The notes under the pieces: model-generated
What the model was told of the DNA's origin: nothing
Seen by the model: the letters and a program-made list of their open reading frames with translations, nothing else
Database searches by the model: none
Part shown: positions 28,253-46,887 of the stretch, piece after piece
How positions within the stretch are numbered: position 1 is the stretch's first letter
Layout: each line of letters opens with the position of its first letter
Made by a program: the position numbers and the translations under genes
DNA from: the human T2T-CHM13v2.0 reference genome, Homo sapiens
Direction: 5' to 3' (one strand)
NCBI RefSeq assembly: GCF_009914755.1
Contig: NC_060931.1
Length of the DNA stretch: 64,000 bases

Positions 28253-29896
28253 TAGGACAAGGCTGATGAGACCTTCTTTTCAGCCCTCTACAAAGCCAGG
28301 TCTTCTCCTGGGCTTTTCAGTTTTGTCACCCAATTAATGGCTATGCTTGATACCTCAGATTTAAAAACTTTACCACGGATAAGATCTTTACACAGAAATC
28401 ATTGTCAGGAGTAGAGTATAGTAGAGTATAGTAAATATTAGATCTTAAAATATGAAAACGCTAGGCTGAGGAAGTAGAGTGGAAGGCACTGAGAACCCCT
28501 ATTCACAGCTTAGAAGTTGGCGTTTTATGTTGTTTGGTAGTGTAGCCATATCTTACACTGCTGTATCTCAGACCTCAAACCATAGGCCTATAGAGGCTGC
28601 AGCATTATGGAATTTGGAGGAGAAATTCAGGATATTGAAACACATGCCTGCCTTTTGTGGCCTTTTAGAAGGCACAATAAAGGTCCCACCAGAATTAGAC
28701 AAACTGATGTTGAACCTTCTATATCTGAAATCAGAGAGGAAGGAAAATACAATTTGGCTAAGAGATGCCTTTCTGCATGAACCCTGTAAAATAAGGAAGA
28801 TGAGAATTGGGTGATCTGGAATTTTGCAGGTTTAGAAAAGTTTATTCTTACCGTAATCATAAATTAGTGCAAACCTAATCAGGAAGATAGGGATCGTATC
28901 AGAAAATACCATTAGAATGTGGGGCTAACTTCTTTTCCGATCACTGCTGAGCATATCTTGTTCCCTACGTGACAAAGAGGATAATGACCCACATTCTTAA
29001 GGTGCGGCTGGTTGGTGCCTGAGTGCCAGATGAGTTTTCTTACCTCAACTATTGTTTCAAATTGCTCTGGGCAGTACAAAGTCGAAGGTCACTAAGGGAA
29101 AGACTTCAGGGATGGACAGAGCACCGGTCTTATCACTGAGAAAGAGAAATTCTCAGGCTGGAATCCAATTTCAAGGATCATGACTCAACAAGATATCTGG
29201 AGACTGGCTTATGGAGTTCAGTATATGAAACTAGGTAAGACCTCAAATGTTCCTAAAGGAGGAGCCAGACAATTCATAGGAGGAATTGTCTATGAATGTT
29301 TAGTCTCTAAGAAAACCCTGAGGTCTAAGAAATGTTGTCAACAACAACAGTAATAACAACAACAAAAACAGGCTAATAATGGGGACAGTTTTGGCAATGC
29401 CGTGTTAAGATATGGTCACAGAAAACAAAAGACCAAGAGGATTCTACCAAAAGCAGAAAAGGTAGCCATAAAGGCAGAGGACAGGAGCCATTCTCTCAGA
29501 GGGAAGAGCAGGAAGAACTTGACAAGCTGGGCAAGGAACTCATTCTCCTGCTGGGACAGGCAGCCCTTCCCATTCCTGTCCAGCTGTGTGTGCATTCATT
29601 AATTCAGCAAATACTACTGTACCTACTATGTTCCAGACAATGTAGAAATACATAAGTAAATAAAATAGAATTTGATACATGCATTGAATCAATGATTACT
29701 AATGTTTCCCATCGCACCCTGTTTTTTTGGTTCTCTCTCCACCATTGTATATTGGGCATGTTGGGTACCTTGTGAGAACTGCACATCACCCATTAATCTT
29801 AAACTTGAAGTGGGGTGAAACCATCAAATGAGATTTTACTTTTTCTTTCTGGAGACTGAGTGAGTATATTATATATGTCATATATGGATGTGGGAC

Positions 29897-29917
29897 ACTC
29901 TCTCTCTCTCTCTCTCT

Positions 29918-29956
<39 letters not shown>
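29897..29956. repeat. (CT)n(CA)n microsatellite
   Basis: Direct reading. Confidence 0.97.
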
Positions 29957-29958
<2 letters not shown>

Positions 29959-30011
29959 TATACATATTAGCACTAGAATTGTATATGAATGTTAGGCAGC
30001 CAAGAGATTAA

Positions 30012-30535
30012 CCGCAGTGGGTGGTTGCTATTTGTTTCTCCATCACCTGTTTCTTCTTCTTTCAGTACCAGACCTAATATTTTGTATGGGATCTACTTCT
30101 TCTCAGTCCACACAGTCTAGGTATGGGTCCACTTACAGCTCTAGAAATGAAGTGCATGATGTAGTCCTAAGTCATTCTGATTGCAGTGGTTGATTGAAGG
30201 ATGGGTATGAATGGAGCAAGTCCAGTTAAAGTGAATCCCAGGATGTGGACCATGTTAGGAAAGACTCTCACTAGTTACTACTAGATTTTAACCTGGCATT
30301 AGGTAGCTCATGAGCTTCTGACATCTTGTGAGGATGAAGGAGGAGTCTTTTTGAGAATGAAGCCAATACAGATGAAAAGAGATAAACTGAATCCTGATAA
30401 CATCATGTGGGTAATAGCATCCTATCATAACTGAATCTAGGTCTACACTTGAATACTTCTCTTTCTGAATCAGTAAGCTGACATTTTAATTACATTCTAC
30501 TATCTGGTGTTTGATTTTTCAATTACTTAAAAAAC
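30012..30535 (+). mobile_element. Old ERVL/MaLR LTR (MLT1K/L- or LTR16-like)
   Basis: gattgaaggatgggtatgaatggagcaagtccagttaaag and gagaatgaagccaatacaga motifs. Confidence 0.5.
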
Positions 30536-31450
30536 AACTTTATGTATGTGCATGTGTTTGTATGTATGTGTACAGAAAAGACAAAGACATGCTACTGGCA
30601 CTTTTTGAGGGTCAGACTGTGTAGGCTTTAACATTTATTATTCATTTGTTTCTTTATACACACAGATATTATACTTTAAAAATGTCCATACATGAAGCTA
30701 TTGACAAAGCCTTATGGAGTCTGGAGTAGTTACAGAATTAGAAACACATGATTGATTGACCATAACTAAGAGTGCAGAATGTCGGAATCTATTGGTTCAA
30801 GTAAATAAGGAGTCATAAAAAACACTGTAGATAAAAGAGGGCCCCAGGAACTGAATATGTTAAGTAATCTTCTCGTCTGACAAAGTAGCCTGGGAATGTC
30901 CAACACAGCAATAAGCTATTATTCAACAGACCCAGTGAGGGACATCAGGAGTTCCTCAATCATACAATGTAGATTTCTTTTCCTCTGGGTTGAGAAGCAT
31001 TAGCTCCCCATGGGGGAAGACTTTGGACAAAAATTCATGACTGTCAACTCTAGTAAACTTTTTTTGTATCTTCGACTCTTCTAATCATTATAAAATGACC
31101 TTACAATGTTTTCTATAATTGAAAAATACTATGTAATTCCCTTTAGAAGAAGGAGCAGTTCTTGGTTTTATTACCCATCTTACCCACAGTTTCTACCATA
31201 CATAAGTTAGGGTAGTAGGTTACTCTTATAAAAATATTTCCTCAAATTTAGAGGCTCAAAGAACAAGAAGTTAATTTTTCTCTAGAAGTTCAAGATGAGA
31301 GGTCAAGGTCTCTGGGATGTACGCAGCCACCCAGATTCCTCTCCTTTTGTGACCACATCATCCTTTAGGGCCTTGCCATCATCTGCATGGTAGAGACTGA
31401 GTTACAGACATACCCAGGATCTAGGCTGCAGGAGGAGAGAAGAAGCCAGT

Positions 31451-31827
31451 TGTCTCAGTTCAAGCTGCTATAACAACAACAACAAAAACAAACTTGGTGG
31501 CTTATAAACAACAAACATGTTTCTCACAGTATTGGAGACTGAGACATCCAAGAACAAGGCACTGGCAGATTTGGCCTTTGGCGAGGGCCCTCTTCATGGT
31601 TTGCAGATGGCCACCTTCTTGCTGGGTCCTCAGATGGTAGAGAGAAGAACCTCTGGCATCCCTTTCTCCTCTCACAAGGGCACTAATCTTAGAATGAGGG
31701 CTCTGCTCTCATGACCTCATCTAATCCTAATTATCTCTCAAAGGCTCCATCTCTTAATACCATCACATTGGGGGTTAGGACTTCACCATATATATTTTGG
31801 CTGGATACAATCATTCAGTTCATAATA
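31451..31827 (-). mobile_element. MLT1A-like MaLR LTR, probably nested in an older MLT1 (about 31200-31980)
   Basis: tgtctcagttcaagctgctataac...tctcacagt...ccatcacattgggggttagg. Confidence 0.85.
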
Positions 31828-32031
31828 CTCATCCACATCCTGAAGGCCTAGATATAGGAGGGCAGGCACTTTCCATTGGAGAAAACCCAGTTAGAGGATC
31901 ACTACATGGAGAGGTGGGAAATGTTTCCTAGCCATGAGCCTAGAGGCAGGAGAATAAAATTGGGTGGAAAATAAGTCTCTTCATCTCCTCATACCCCCCT
32001 GAAAAGGGTCTTTGGTAAAAAGGGGAAAATA

Positions 32032-32376
<345 letters not shown>

Positions 32377-32788
32377 CTATGATGATAAGAGGAAAGTCAA
32401 GTTAGCATGGGAATAATCTACTTGTTTTAGAGACATTACCTTCTATCAGACCTTATAACCATTCTCCAGGTTGAAATGCAATGGAACCCACTGAGTGAGA
32501 CCAGAATTCTGGAAGATGATCGAAATAAAAGGATAGAACAAGGAGGGAGGGGAGAGAGAATGTATTCCTTGGTGCCCATCCTAGCTTTAGAAATCTTTGT
32601 TTATGACTGAAATTCCATTCTTAGTGGTTCATTTCTTTGGTATTCAAATACTCAAACAGCCAGAGTTCCTTAGAGTCTAAATTCCACAAGACAGGGTAAT
32701 ACTTTTAATCTCTTATATCACTGTTTTATACAAATATGCTTATGTCATTGTCAGAAGGATCTGGTATCTGTGGGACTCTGAATAGATG

Positions 32789-32858
32789 GAAAAGTTCCCT
32801 CACAAGTGGTGATGAGAGAAAAGTTACCTCACAAGTGGTGATGAGAGAAAAGTTACCT
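32789..32858. repeat. 29-bp tandem duplication
   Basis: cctcacaagtggtgatgagagaaaagtta identical at 32798-32826 and 32827-32855. Confidence 0.97.
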
Positions 32859-32919
32859 GACACACTCTGGCTTATTTCACAGGCATGGAGCGCCATCCAC
32901 TTAGCTGCTGGGGTTTTCC

Positions 32920-34155
32920 TGAGTTTTATCTTTCCTCTCTACTCATTCTAAGTGTTCTTTCTGGATGAGCTCACTGAATCACATGCCTTTAACCACCTGC
33001 TAGCCACAGATAACTCACACATTTATTTCTGTAGCCCTGACCTCTCCTCAGGCTTCCACTCATTTGCTCAGGGACTACCAGATATCTCTACCTGCATGTC
33101 CCACGGACACTTCAAACTCACTCTGTCTAACACTCTACTCATCTTTCCCTAAAAGTAAGCTTCCTCCTGGATTGTCTGTTATTTGTTGGTGCCAGCATCC
33201 ACCCAATTATCTCAACCAGGCACTGGGAAATTACCTTTGAATCAACCATCTTCACCATTTTCTGTTTAATCACTCAGAAAGTCCTATTCATTTTACCTCC
33301 TAAATGACCCCAAACGGGGGGTTCTTAATATATTGTTTATGATCCTGTATACAGAAGTGTTGTAACGACTGATTGACAGGTTTCCTCATCCTAGCTTTGC
33401 TCCTTCCTCATTGCCCCCACTCCAATACATTTCAGATTGTTGCTAATAAAATACACAGAACTCCAACCCAAGGTTTCTTAATTTATCTTTTATGATCCTG
33501 TATACAGAAGTATTATAATAACTGATTGACAGGTCTCCTTGTTCTAGTTTCCTCCTTCCCCACTGCCCCCACCCCACTACATTTTTAGATTGTTGCTAGA
33601 AGGACCTACCTGACCATCTAACTTACTTGTGTAATACTTTTCCACAACTCCCAATTACCTGACAAAGTCCTACATGTTCAGAACACAGCCAGGCCTTTCA
33701 CAGCCTGACTCCTCCTGATTCTTCACATGCATCTCCCAGAGCTCCTTTAACAGCCCTTCTGCACCTTCCCTTCTAGCATTAGCTCCAATTGCCTGAACAC
33801 ATCTTGCTGATCCAGTGTGTGGCTCATGCTTCTTTCTTCCTCCATAGTTTTTATCATGGTGTTGCCTCCTTTTCTTTTATAACTCAGCCTGGGAGCACCT
33901 TCTCGGAGGTATCTTTCTTGACTACCTTCTTCCACCTCCTCTACTTGGTTAAAGGCCCCTCTGAGTGCTTCCATAGTCCCCTATACATTCCAGAATTATT
34001 TCTCCACTTATGACCTTGTGTTGAAGTCATTTATATTTCTAGCTCACTGGTTAGATTGTCATTTTCTCATAGAAGGAACCATATCTCGGTCTCTTCTTTC
34101 CTAAGTGCCTAGATATGGCATATATGATGCCCATGATAAATATTTCTCCCGTTGA
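32920..34155 (+). mobile_element. L2 3' region containing an old tandem duplication of about 150 bp
   Basis: L2 motifs (ctgacctctcctc, cacttcaaactc, taagtgcctag...ataaatatt); duplicate copies at about 33322-33446 and 33475-33598. Confidence 0.75.
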
Positions 34156-37100
34156 ATTGGCTTCTTCTGTGAGGAAAGTATGCCCTGTGCAGGACAAATG
34201 ACAATTATGAGTGAGATTAACAAGAATATCACCAGAAGCCCTGGAAAGTTCAATATCTGCTATCACCTGACCTGTACCTGCTGATATTGCCAAAAAGAAA
34301 GGGCTGAAGGAGAGGGTGGGACTTCTCCAGGAATGACTGAAAAATGCACCCCCAACTCAGCCCATTTGGAAGCGAGGTGGTCCAGCTACTTCCTGTTGGC
34401 ATGTGGTCATGTCAGAGCCTCAGACATGAATTGGGCTTCAGTTTTATTGTTGTTTGTCAGTTGGTTGGTTTTATTTCTTCTTTCTCTTTCATTATTCTTT
34501 GTCTAAACAGGAAAATCATCCTCCCAAATTGTTGATTGGCAGATCTTCTATTTGTCAATGTATCTCTAGATCCCCAGATGAAAGAGAAAGGATGGACTAC
34601 CTTTAGATATTATCAGAGAGCAAAGGAGACACAGCATGAGAGAATGTAGCCAAGAGATAAATAAAAATAAAATGAAAGATAAGCAAGTTTAAGGTTTAAA
34701 TACTTAATACCTTGTTTTCTGAAAGCCTCAGAAGGAAAAGAAAAGAACAAAATGCCAAGCGTGTTCATTTGGATGGTAATTAAATTGCAGTCCCATTGCT
34801 GTGATTAGTATTCCTGTGCTATGCTCACTTTAAGGAAGTGGACAGGTTGGTGTTGGCCCTGAGGGTAATTGTTTCTGGGTCAGGTACTGTTAGCTCCACA
34901 CTCTATGCCTGTATCTCCCATCACAGGTTGGATGTTATTGGCACCTTCCTGCATTTGCCAGTGCTCTAGGGATACAGATGGAAATGTGTTAGTATAAATC
35001 AAAAATATTCATATTGTAAGAATCACTTTAATAGGTGCTTGTAAGGTGAAAATTCTGGTTTTAAATTAAATTTTATTTTATTTATTTATTTTTTTACAAA
35101 ATAATATATTATTTGGAAGCGAGGTGAATAAATTTGTATGTGGACTATAGGGGCCTTTTAAAAACAAAGAAGCACAGGTCCCTGAACCTTGTGTTTTCAA
35201 AATCCAAAGTTGCTGCACTCCGCCAGGGTGGAAAGGTCCTAGTGAGAGGGAATAGCAAGGGTTCTGAAATAAAACCTCCATGGAGGTAGAGAGAGGCTGG
35301 GGGCCATGTGCACCTTCGTACTGAAGCAGGTCATCAGGGTGCTCAGATCTCACCTAGGTGAAGCAGGCGGCACTGGGAGACCAGGCTTAGTGTAGGCTGG
35401 AATACTCTTCACCTCGAAGAACTCCTGGAGCTAGGTCAGGACTCTAAACTTTCTCCAGTGGCAAAGAAGAGCCCAGTAAGCAAGAACAGCACAATCAGAT
35501 GCCTCGGCTTTTCCCAGCTGTCATCTCCTGCAGAGGCCTTTGTCTGCTTCCAAAGCTACCAACCCCCGGGGGTGGTGGCTGTAACCTCCTGCTTTTCGTG
35601 GGCCTCAGCTCGAAAGTGAGGTTGCCCACTGCACTTTGAGAGGTTTGTGTGGGTGTGTGCATGTATGAGCATGCAAGGAAAGGCTCTAGACTGGAGCTGA
35701 GGACAATCTCACAATAGGGAGGTGGCAGTTCCAGCCATTTATTTAGAACATTAAAATTAAATATTGCCATCTTTTTCTCTCTACCCTGGAGAAGTTGCAT
35801 ATATCCATAACATGAATATAAATCGTAGTGAAGTCAGTTAAGTTGCAGATTCAAAAGAGACACCAGTGTTCCTATATTAACTCAGATGTGTTAGAAAGGA
35901 AAAAAATGTATCTTCCCGTATTTGTCACCCCCTGGATTGTTTCCATGGTTATCCAATGCTATGAGGAGAGACACTTGGTTTTTACTCCAGGGTTTAGAGG
36001 GGTGAGGAGTTCCTTAATGATTAAGCTTAGCATTCTTCCAAATCGGACTATGTCTTCTAGTGACCCCTTTTGGGCTTAGTAAAGTATTTGTCACCTATCC
36101 CAGAGTTTCTGTAAAATTGATCAGGAAAGAGGTGATGTTGTTTCACCTGGCTTCCCTGGTGGTAGGAGCACCAGCACTCCAAGTCCTAATTTCAGGAAAC
36201 TCTTTGGCTCTTTGCCTGTGCTTTTTAAGACCTGGGTGCTTCTGAAGAGAACACCTTCCTTCTTCATTAGGTGGCTCTTGCAGTCTGCCTCATATTCACG
36301 CCTCAGGAGTCAGAGAGCTTGACTCATGGGGCAGGGTTCTTAGTCCTTGCCAAGGAGACAGAGACAGCAGCCTTGGGCAAAACTGACATCACATGCATAC
36401 TTTAAAAGGAAGCAAAAAACACAAGGTTTCTTTACTGAGAGTGTAGAAATCAACAATGACTGTAGCTTCTCTTGAAAGAATCCACTGGTATATTTCACTT
36501 CATCCAAAATAGAGCAAAATTCAAGGAGAGGCCACATGAGCTTTGGGTTAGTAAATTGAAAGGTGCCCTTGACAGTTGCCTCGAGTTGGAGTTAGTAACT
36601 TTCTCATAATGGTGAGTGGAGTTTTACCTTGCAATAAGTGCCACACATAGCTGACTTGCCTTCAGACATATTTCTTTACAGGCCTCTATCTTTCCCCTCT
36701 TTGCCCCGGTGGTATTTCCTGCCCTTTGGCTGTTTTACACAGGCATGGGCAATACCAAGTAATTACTAATAGGAGATTTGCCCTCTGAGCTGTCTTGAAA
36801 GTGCCCAGCTCTTAGCTACTGGACAGACCCTTTGGTAGAAGGCCATTTTGTATGTGCTTCTGGGAAGATTAGAAAGCTGAGATGGGTGGAGAGGTAGACA
36901 TCAAGGCCAGCGCTTTCAAGATTCAGTTGGAGCCTCTATAAAATAGAAATTGAGGGAGACTCCTTAGCCTATAAATGTGAAGAAAGAGGAGAAAGAGATG
37001 AGCAGTGTTTTGTCCTGGGTGTGCACCCTGTGGAGATTTTGTATAGGAACTTAGGCCCCTTGGTTCCCTACCTGGTTTTAAAAGCATTGCAGTTACTTGG

Positions 37101-37742
37101 CAAGTTACCATCAGAGAACATCATAGAATTGTCTGCTATTTATGTTGAAGATATTACATGCAGGAGACATTTATTCTGAAAAAATGCCTTTTGAGAATCA
37201 GAAAAAACAAGGGCATTTAGCAGTTTTGACAAGAATTCTAGCTCACATAGTGATTTTTGGCTTGGTCATTGATAATCATTAACCATGGTTTTGCACCATT
37301 TACCCATTCAGAGCACAAAGCTCTTAGGTAGAGAGTCAATAATCAACGTTGAAATTGAAACATGTTCTGTTACCTTAATTCAAGGAGACAGAAAATAATT
37401 TTCAGAATTTCTGGCTTGAGAATAAATTCACAGGCCCCTAAATCTTCTCTCCTCTAAGGAAAAAGCACTGACTGGTCAAGGTTCTTCTTGGGGACCACCA
37501 GATTCCCCAGGCCTGCAATTTTCTCTAGTCCATCAATATTGCCTACATCCTTGGCAAAAATATGGTATTTGGTGTTTCAGATCCCATTCTAAGTTATCTT
37601 CTCTGCTTTTCTAAATGAGTGCTTCTCATTCTTCTAGTCTTTATTTCTTTAGTGTCAGTTGAGTCATCCTGGAGGCCGTGGATCTTGATCTCCATGAACT
37701 GTGAATAGAAACATTTCCCTGCTGATGATAAACTTCCTCATT

Positions 37743-38076
37743 TGATACTGTGGTCTGAATGTTTGTGTCCCCCACAAATTCATATATTAACAGGCAGGAA
37801 CTTTGCAAGGTGATTTGATCATGAGGGCAGAGTTCTCTCATGAATGGGATTAGTGCCCTTATAAAAGAGGTCTGAGGGAGCTTATTTGCCCCTTCTACCA
37901 GTTGAGGTCACATAGAAAGCAGTATCTATAAGGAACTGGCCCTCACCAGCCACTAAATCTGGTGGTGCCTTGAATTTGGACTTTCCAGCCTCCAGAACTG
38001 TGAGCAATAAATTTCTATTGTTTATATGTTATCCAGTGTTAAATATTTTGTTAAAGCACCCCAAACTGACTAAGAC
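37743..38076 (+). mobile_element. MLT1A-like MaLR LTR
   Basis: tggtctgaatgtttgtgtcccc...ccagcctccagaactgtgagcaataaatttc...gactaagaca. Confidence 0.88.
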
Positions 38077-38114
38077 ATTTTATCTTCAGCCAAGGTGGCC
38101 TGGATCTTTCAATT

Positions 38115-38116
<2 letters not shown>

Positions 38117-38148
<32 letters not shown>

Positions 38149-38404
38149 TGGCATGATCTCAGTTTACTGCAACCTCTGCCTCCCCAGCTCAAGTGATCCC
38201 CCCACCTCAGCTTCCAAATAGCTGGGACCACAGGCATGCACCAGCATGCACCACTATGCTCAGATAATTTTTGTATTTTTAGTAGAGATGGGGCATTGCC
38301 AGGTTGCCCCACCCAGCTGGTCTCAAACTCCTGAGCTCAAGCGATCTGCCTGTCTTGGCCTCTGAAGGTGCTGGGATTACAGGCATGAGCCACTATGCCC
38401 AGAC
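38117..38404 (-). mobile_element. AluJ whose 3' end and tail are replaced by (GT)n
   Basis: (GT)15 at 38117-38146 runs straight into agtggcatgatctc; tcaatt on both flanks. Confidence 0.88.
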
Positions 38405-39663
38405 TCAATTTTCTATATTAGACCCTACAGGAAGATGCTCCAGGACTGGCTTGGATGATTAGCCCATCAGTCATCAGCATGGATCCAAGGACCTCAGCTC
38501 TCTCCTTCAACTAGGTATCCATTACAAGACACTCTTAAACATGGAGGACTATCTCTGGGGCTCAGATTTACAGTGTGCATAACGTACAGGCCATGAAACT
38601 AATAATTTAATGCTCAGATGGAGTGAACAAAGGAAGAAAACATAGGCAGTGCTTGTTATTAATTCTGTATCATCAGTACTTTAGTAAAGTCAAGGTGAAC
38701 TTTCTTCATTCACAGATTGTAAGATGCTTTCATGTCATTATGTGTAACTATAGCACATTTATTTTTATGCTATATAATCTATCACAAATATCATGATGTA
38801 TTCATTCTCTAGTCATATGGATATTGTGTTGCTATGAAGATTCTTGTACATGACTCCCAGTGTACCACATGTAAGTTTCTCCAAGTCTGGTGTATACACC
38901 TAAAGCTTTTTGCAGTCTCTGTTTTTAGAAGGAAGAGAGCTATAGCAGGCCACAGCTTGCAGAGCTTAATTAATGATATCTCTGGGTTATAATAGCCCCT
39001 GACTAACCCTTGGAATAAAATTTACTTTTCTTAAGCAAATCCTGACTTTCTATTTTTATGAGAATTTTCTATACTTTCTGACAGTAGTCAAAAGCTAAAA
39101 TTCACACTGAAAATGGTTTCTTATCTTATGGGATGAACCCACATGATATTCCCCCATGTAAAGACTGGTTTCTGCATGACTCTTTCAATTTGAATTGTTT
39201 CAGGGAAAGGAATGGTCTTGTCTGACTTGCTTTTTAATATGCCTAATAGAATACAATCACAATGAATTCATCCTCCTCAGTTGTCCACATGTATATCATC
39301 TTCCCAGAGATAACTATTGTGACAAACCTTGGCATTCTTTCAGCTTTTTGAGATATTAGCTCTATTTAATTTTAAGTGGTATTATTCCCTATTCTGCAGA
39401 GCCGCTCAGATAAAGCTCAATAGGTGTTCTCTTCATCACAGAACAACTCTTTTGGGCTTGGTGGTTTACATGAGTCTGGAGAAACCCCAGTTGAGAGCAG
39501 GGAGGAGAAAGTAGCTGAACCGGATACCAAGATAAGAAAACTGGACCAGCTTCCAATCCCATCCAAAATGATGTATTCACAATACAAATTTATGGAACCT
39601 CAGCAGAGTCACGAATCATACTCAAGCCAAAAGCACTGGTTAAGGTGTCATTTAAAATTTCTT

Positions 39664-39962
39664 GCCAGTCATGATGGCTCATGCCTGCAATTCCAACAAT
39701 TTGGGAGGCTGAGATGGGGGGACTGCTTGAGTCCAGGAGTTTGAGACCAGCCTGGGCAACATGGCGAAACTCCATCTCTACAAAAAATCCAAGAATTATC
39801 CAGGCATGGTGGCACATGCCTGTAATCCTAGCTACTTAGGAGGCCAAGGTGGGAGGATTGCTTGAGCCAGGAGTTTGAGGTTGCAGTGAACTATGATCCC
39901 ATGATCACGCCACTGCACTCCAGCCTGGGTGACAGAGCAAGTTCCTGTTTAAAAAAAAAAAA
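39664..39962 (+). mobile_element. AluJ
   Basis: gggaggattgcttgagccaggagtttgagg J-type arms and A tail. Confidence 0.92.
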
Positions 39963-40363
39963 TCCCACTCCACTGCTCATTCTGCTAATTAAGAACTTAC
40001 TACTGATGCTGAGTAAATACTACCTAATACAGCTTGATTCTTCCCAAACAGGACCATCCATGTTACTCAATATTTCAATAGTAGTAATCAAGCCTTATTC
40101 TTCTTAGCTTATAATGGAAATCATAGAAACTAACTCTTGAGAATTGGGTAAGATTGTCTTTGTATTGGACTCTTTGTTTGGTGTTATTCAGTGAAACATC
40201 CACAAAATTTCTTCCTTAATGGAGAAATGTTACTAGATTCATAGATACTAGATCAGAGGATTTCCTAAAATTGCTGCTGGAAACCAGAAGATTGTTAAAG
40301 AGCAAAGATAAAAACTTAGAATAAAGTAATAAGATAGTTTCTAGATTCAAGTAGTTTGCTTTG

Positions 40364-40710
40364 TGTAATGGACCAAATGTTTGTATCACCCCAAAATTTA
40401 TATGTTGAAGCCCTAATCTCCAATGTACCGGTATTTGGAGATGGGGTCATGAAGGTCAGTCCCTCATGGTGAGATTAGTGTGTTTATAATAAGAGACACC
40501 AGAAAACTTTCCAGTTTTGTCTCTACCATGTGAACAAACAGTGAGAAGACAGCCAGCCTCAGCCAGGAAGGGAACCCTGACCAGGAACTGAATCAGCTGG
40601 CATCTTGATCTTGGATTTCCCAGCCTCCAGAACTGTGAGAAATAAATGTCTATTCTTTAAGCCACCCAGTGTATGGTAATTTGTTATGGCAGCCCAACCA
40701 GACAAATACA
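40364..40710 (+). mobile_element. MLT1A-like MaLR solo LTR
   Basis: TG...CA termini; 5-bp TSD CTTTG at 40359-40363 and 40711-40715. Confidence 0.92.
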
Positions 40711-41319
40711 CTTTGGTTTGTTTTTCAGTCTTTCCATCAAGGCCAAATATTAGTTTGAGGTAAATTCCAAGTTGTGAAGACTGATTCATTTAATAGAGCT
40801 GCCAGGGCTCTTGTAAACCTGAATGTTCCTGCTATCTCTGACAGTATAACTGTTTAGACATTGCCTTTAAGGGGATCATGTTCAAAATCTCAATATGGGA
40901 AACATATTTTGTGACTGGAAAATAGTGTCTCAAAGACTATAAAAAGTATTATTTAAAAACTTGTATATGTGGCATGGCAAATTAACCAATCTCACATAGT
41001 CTAAGATATGCAAAGGAAAATGTAGCTACTTAGCATTCCCTAAGGTATCTGATCTCGTTTGTGAGTGCTACCCACTCAATCATGGGAAAATAAAGATAAA
41101 ATAAATTGATTTAAATTATTATTTTGAGATGTCTTAATCTTTTGGTGAAAACATAGTCATGTGGATTTCCTTTCTCTTGTCTTGCCTTGCTCTTGTGTGG
41201 TACATGAATATAGGTATCACTGAGTGGTGGGAAAAGGGGAGTCAGAACTATACAATATCCTCTGCATGCTTGCTGAGGTCTTTCCTGTGGAGGACATGAT
41301 TCTTGTATTGATGCTTGCT

Positions 41320-41421
41320 ATGATAACCAACCAACCAGAACCAGGCTTGTTCTTGTCTTAGCATTAAACACTTTGCATACCAGGAAATACTTCAGACCTG
41401 GGAAAACTTAGTTGGTCACCG
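41320..41421. mobile_element. MER81-like hAT-Blackjack MITE
   Basis: Degenerate termini gataaccaac / gttggtcacc, about 100 bp. Confidence 0.45.
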
Positions 41422-41699
41422 AAATTGACTGTTGAGGGGCATATAGTCATATCTAACCTTTTGGGACAACATAAAAGACCACTGAATTAAGTCCTGGCTA
41501 TTTGCTTCTAGTCATGATGTCCCTGCAATATATGAGCCTCTTGGTTCTGAGCTCAGGCATCTTTCAGTCCACTGACCCTTTTGGAGCCTCCATGTAACAC
41601 CACTAAAATGGGATATAGAAATGTCTGTGTTTCCTGCATATCATTCAAAATTTGTGAGAAGTTAGAATCATTGCCTGAGCTCGTATGTTTGTAGTTAAT

Positions 41700-42748
<1,049 letters not shown>

Positions 42749-42991
42749 AAAACTCTACTTTTTCCTTTTTCTTTTTCTTTCTTTCTTCCTATCTAAAATT
42801 GTACTTTAAGTTCTAGGGTACATGTGCACAATGTGCAAGTTTGTTACATAGGTATACATGTGCCATGTTGGTTTTCTGCACCCATCAACTTGTCATTTAC
42901 GTTAGGTATTTCTCTTAATGCTATCCTTCCCCCAGCCCGCCACCCCCTGACAGGCCCCGGTGTGTGATGTTACCCACCCTGTTCTCATTGT

Positions 42992-46824
<3,833 letters not shown>

Positions 46825-46887
46825 TATGATGTTCGCTGGTTATTTTGCCCATTAATTGATGCAGTTTCTTCCTAGCATCGATGGTCT

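Noticed and set aside
39424-39744. 106-aa ORF with protein-like composition after a possible acceptor
   Set aside because: Non-ATG start, runs into an AluJ, only a weak donor, no recognisable homology
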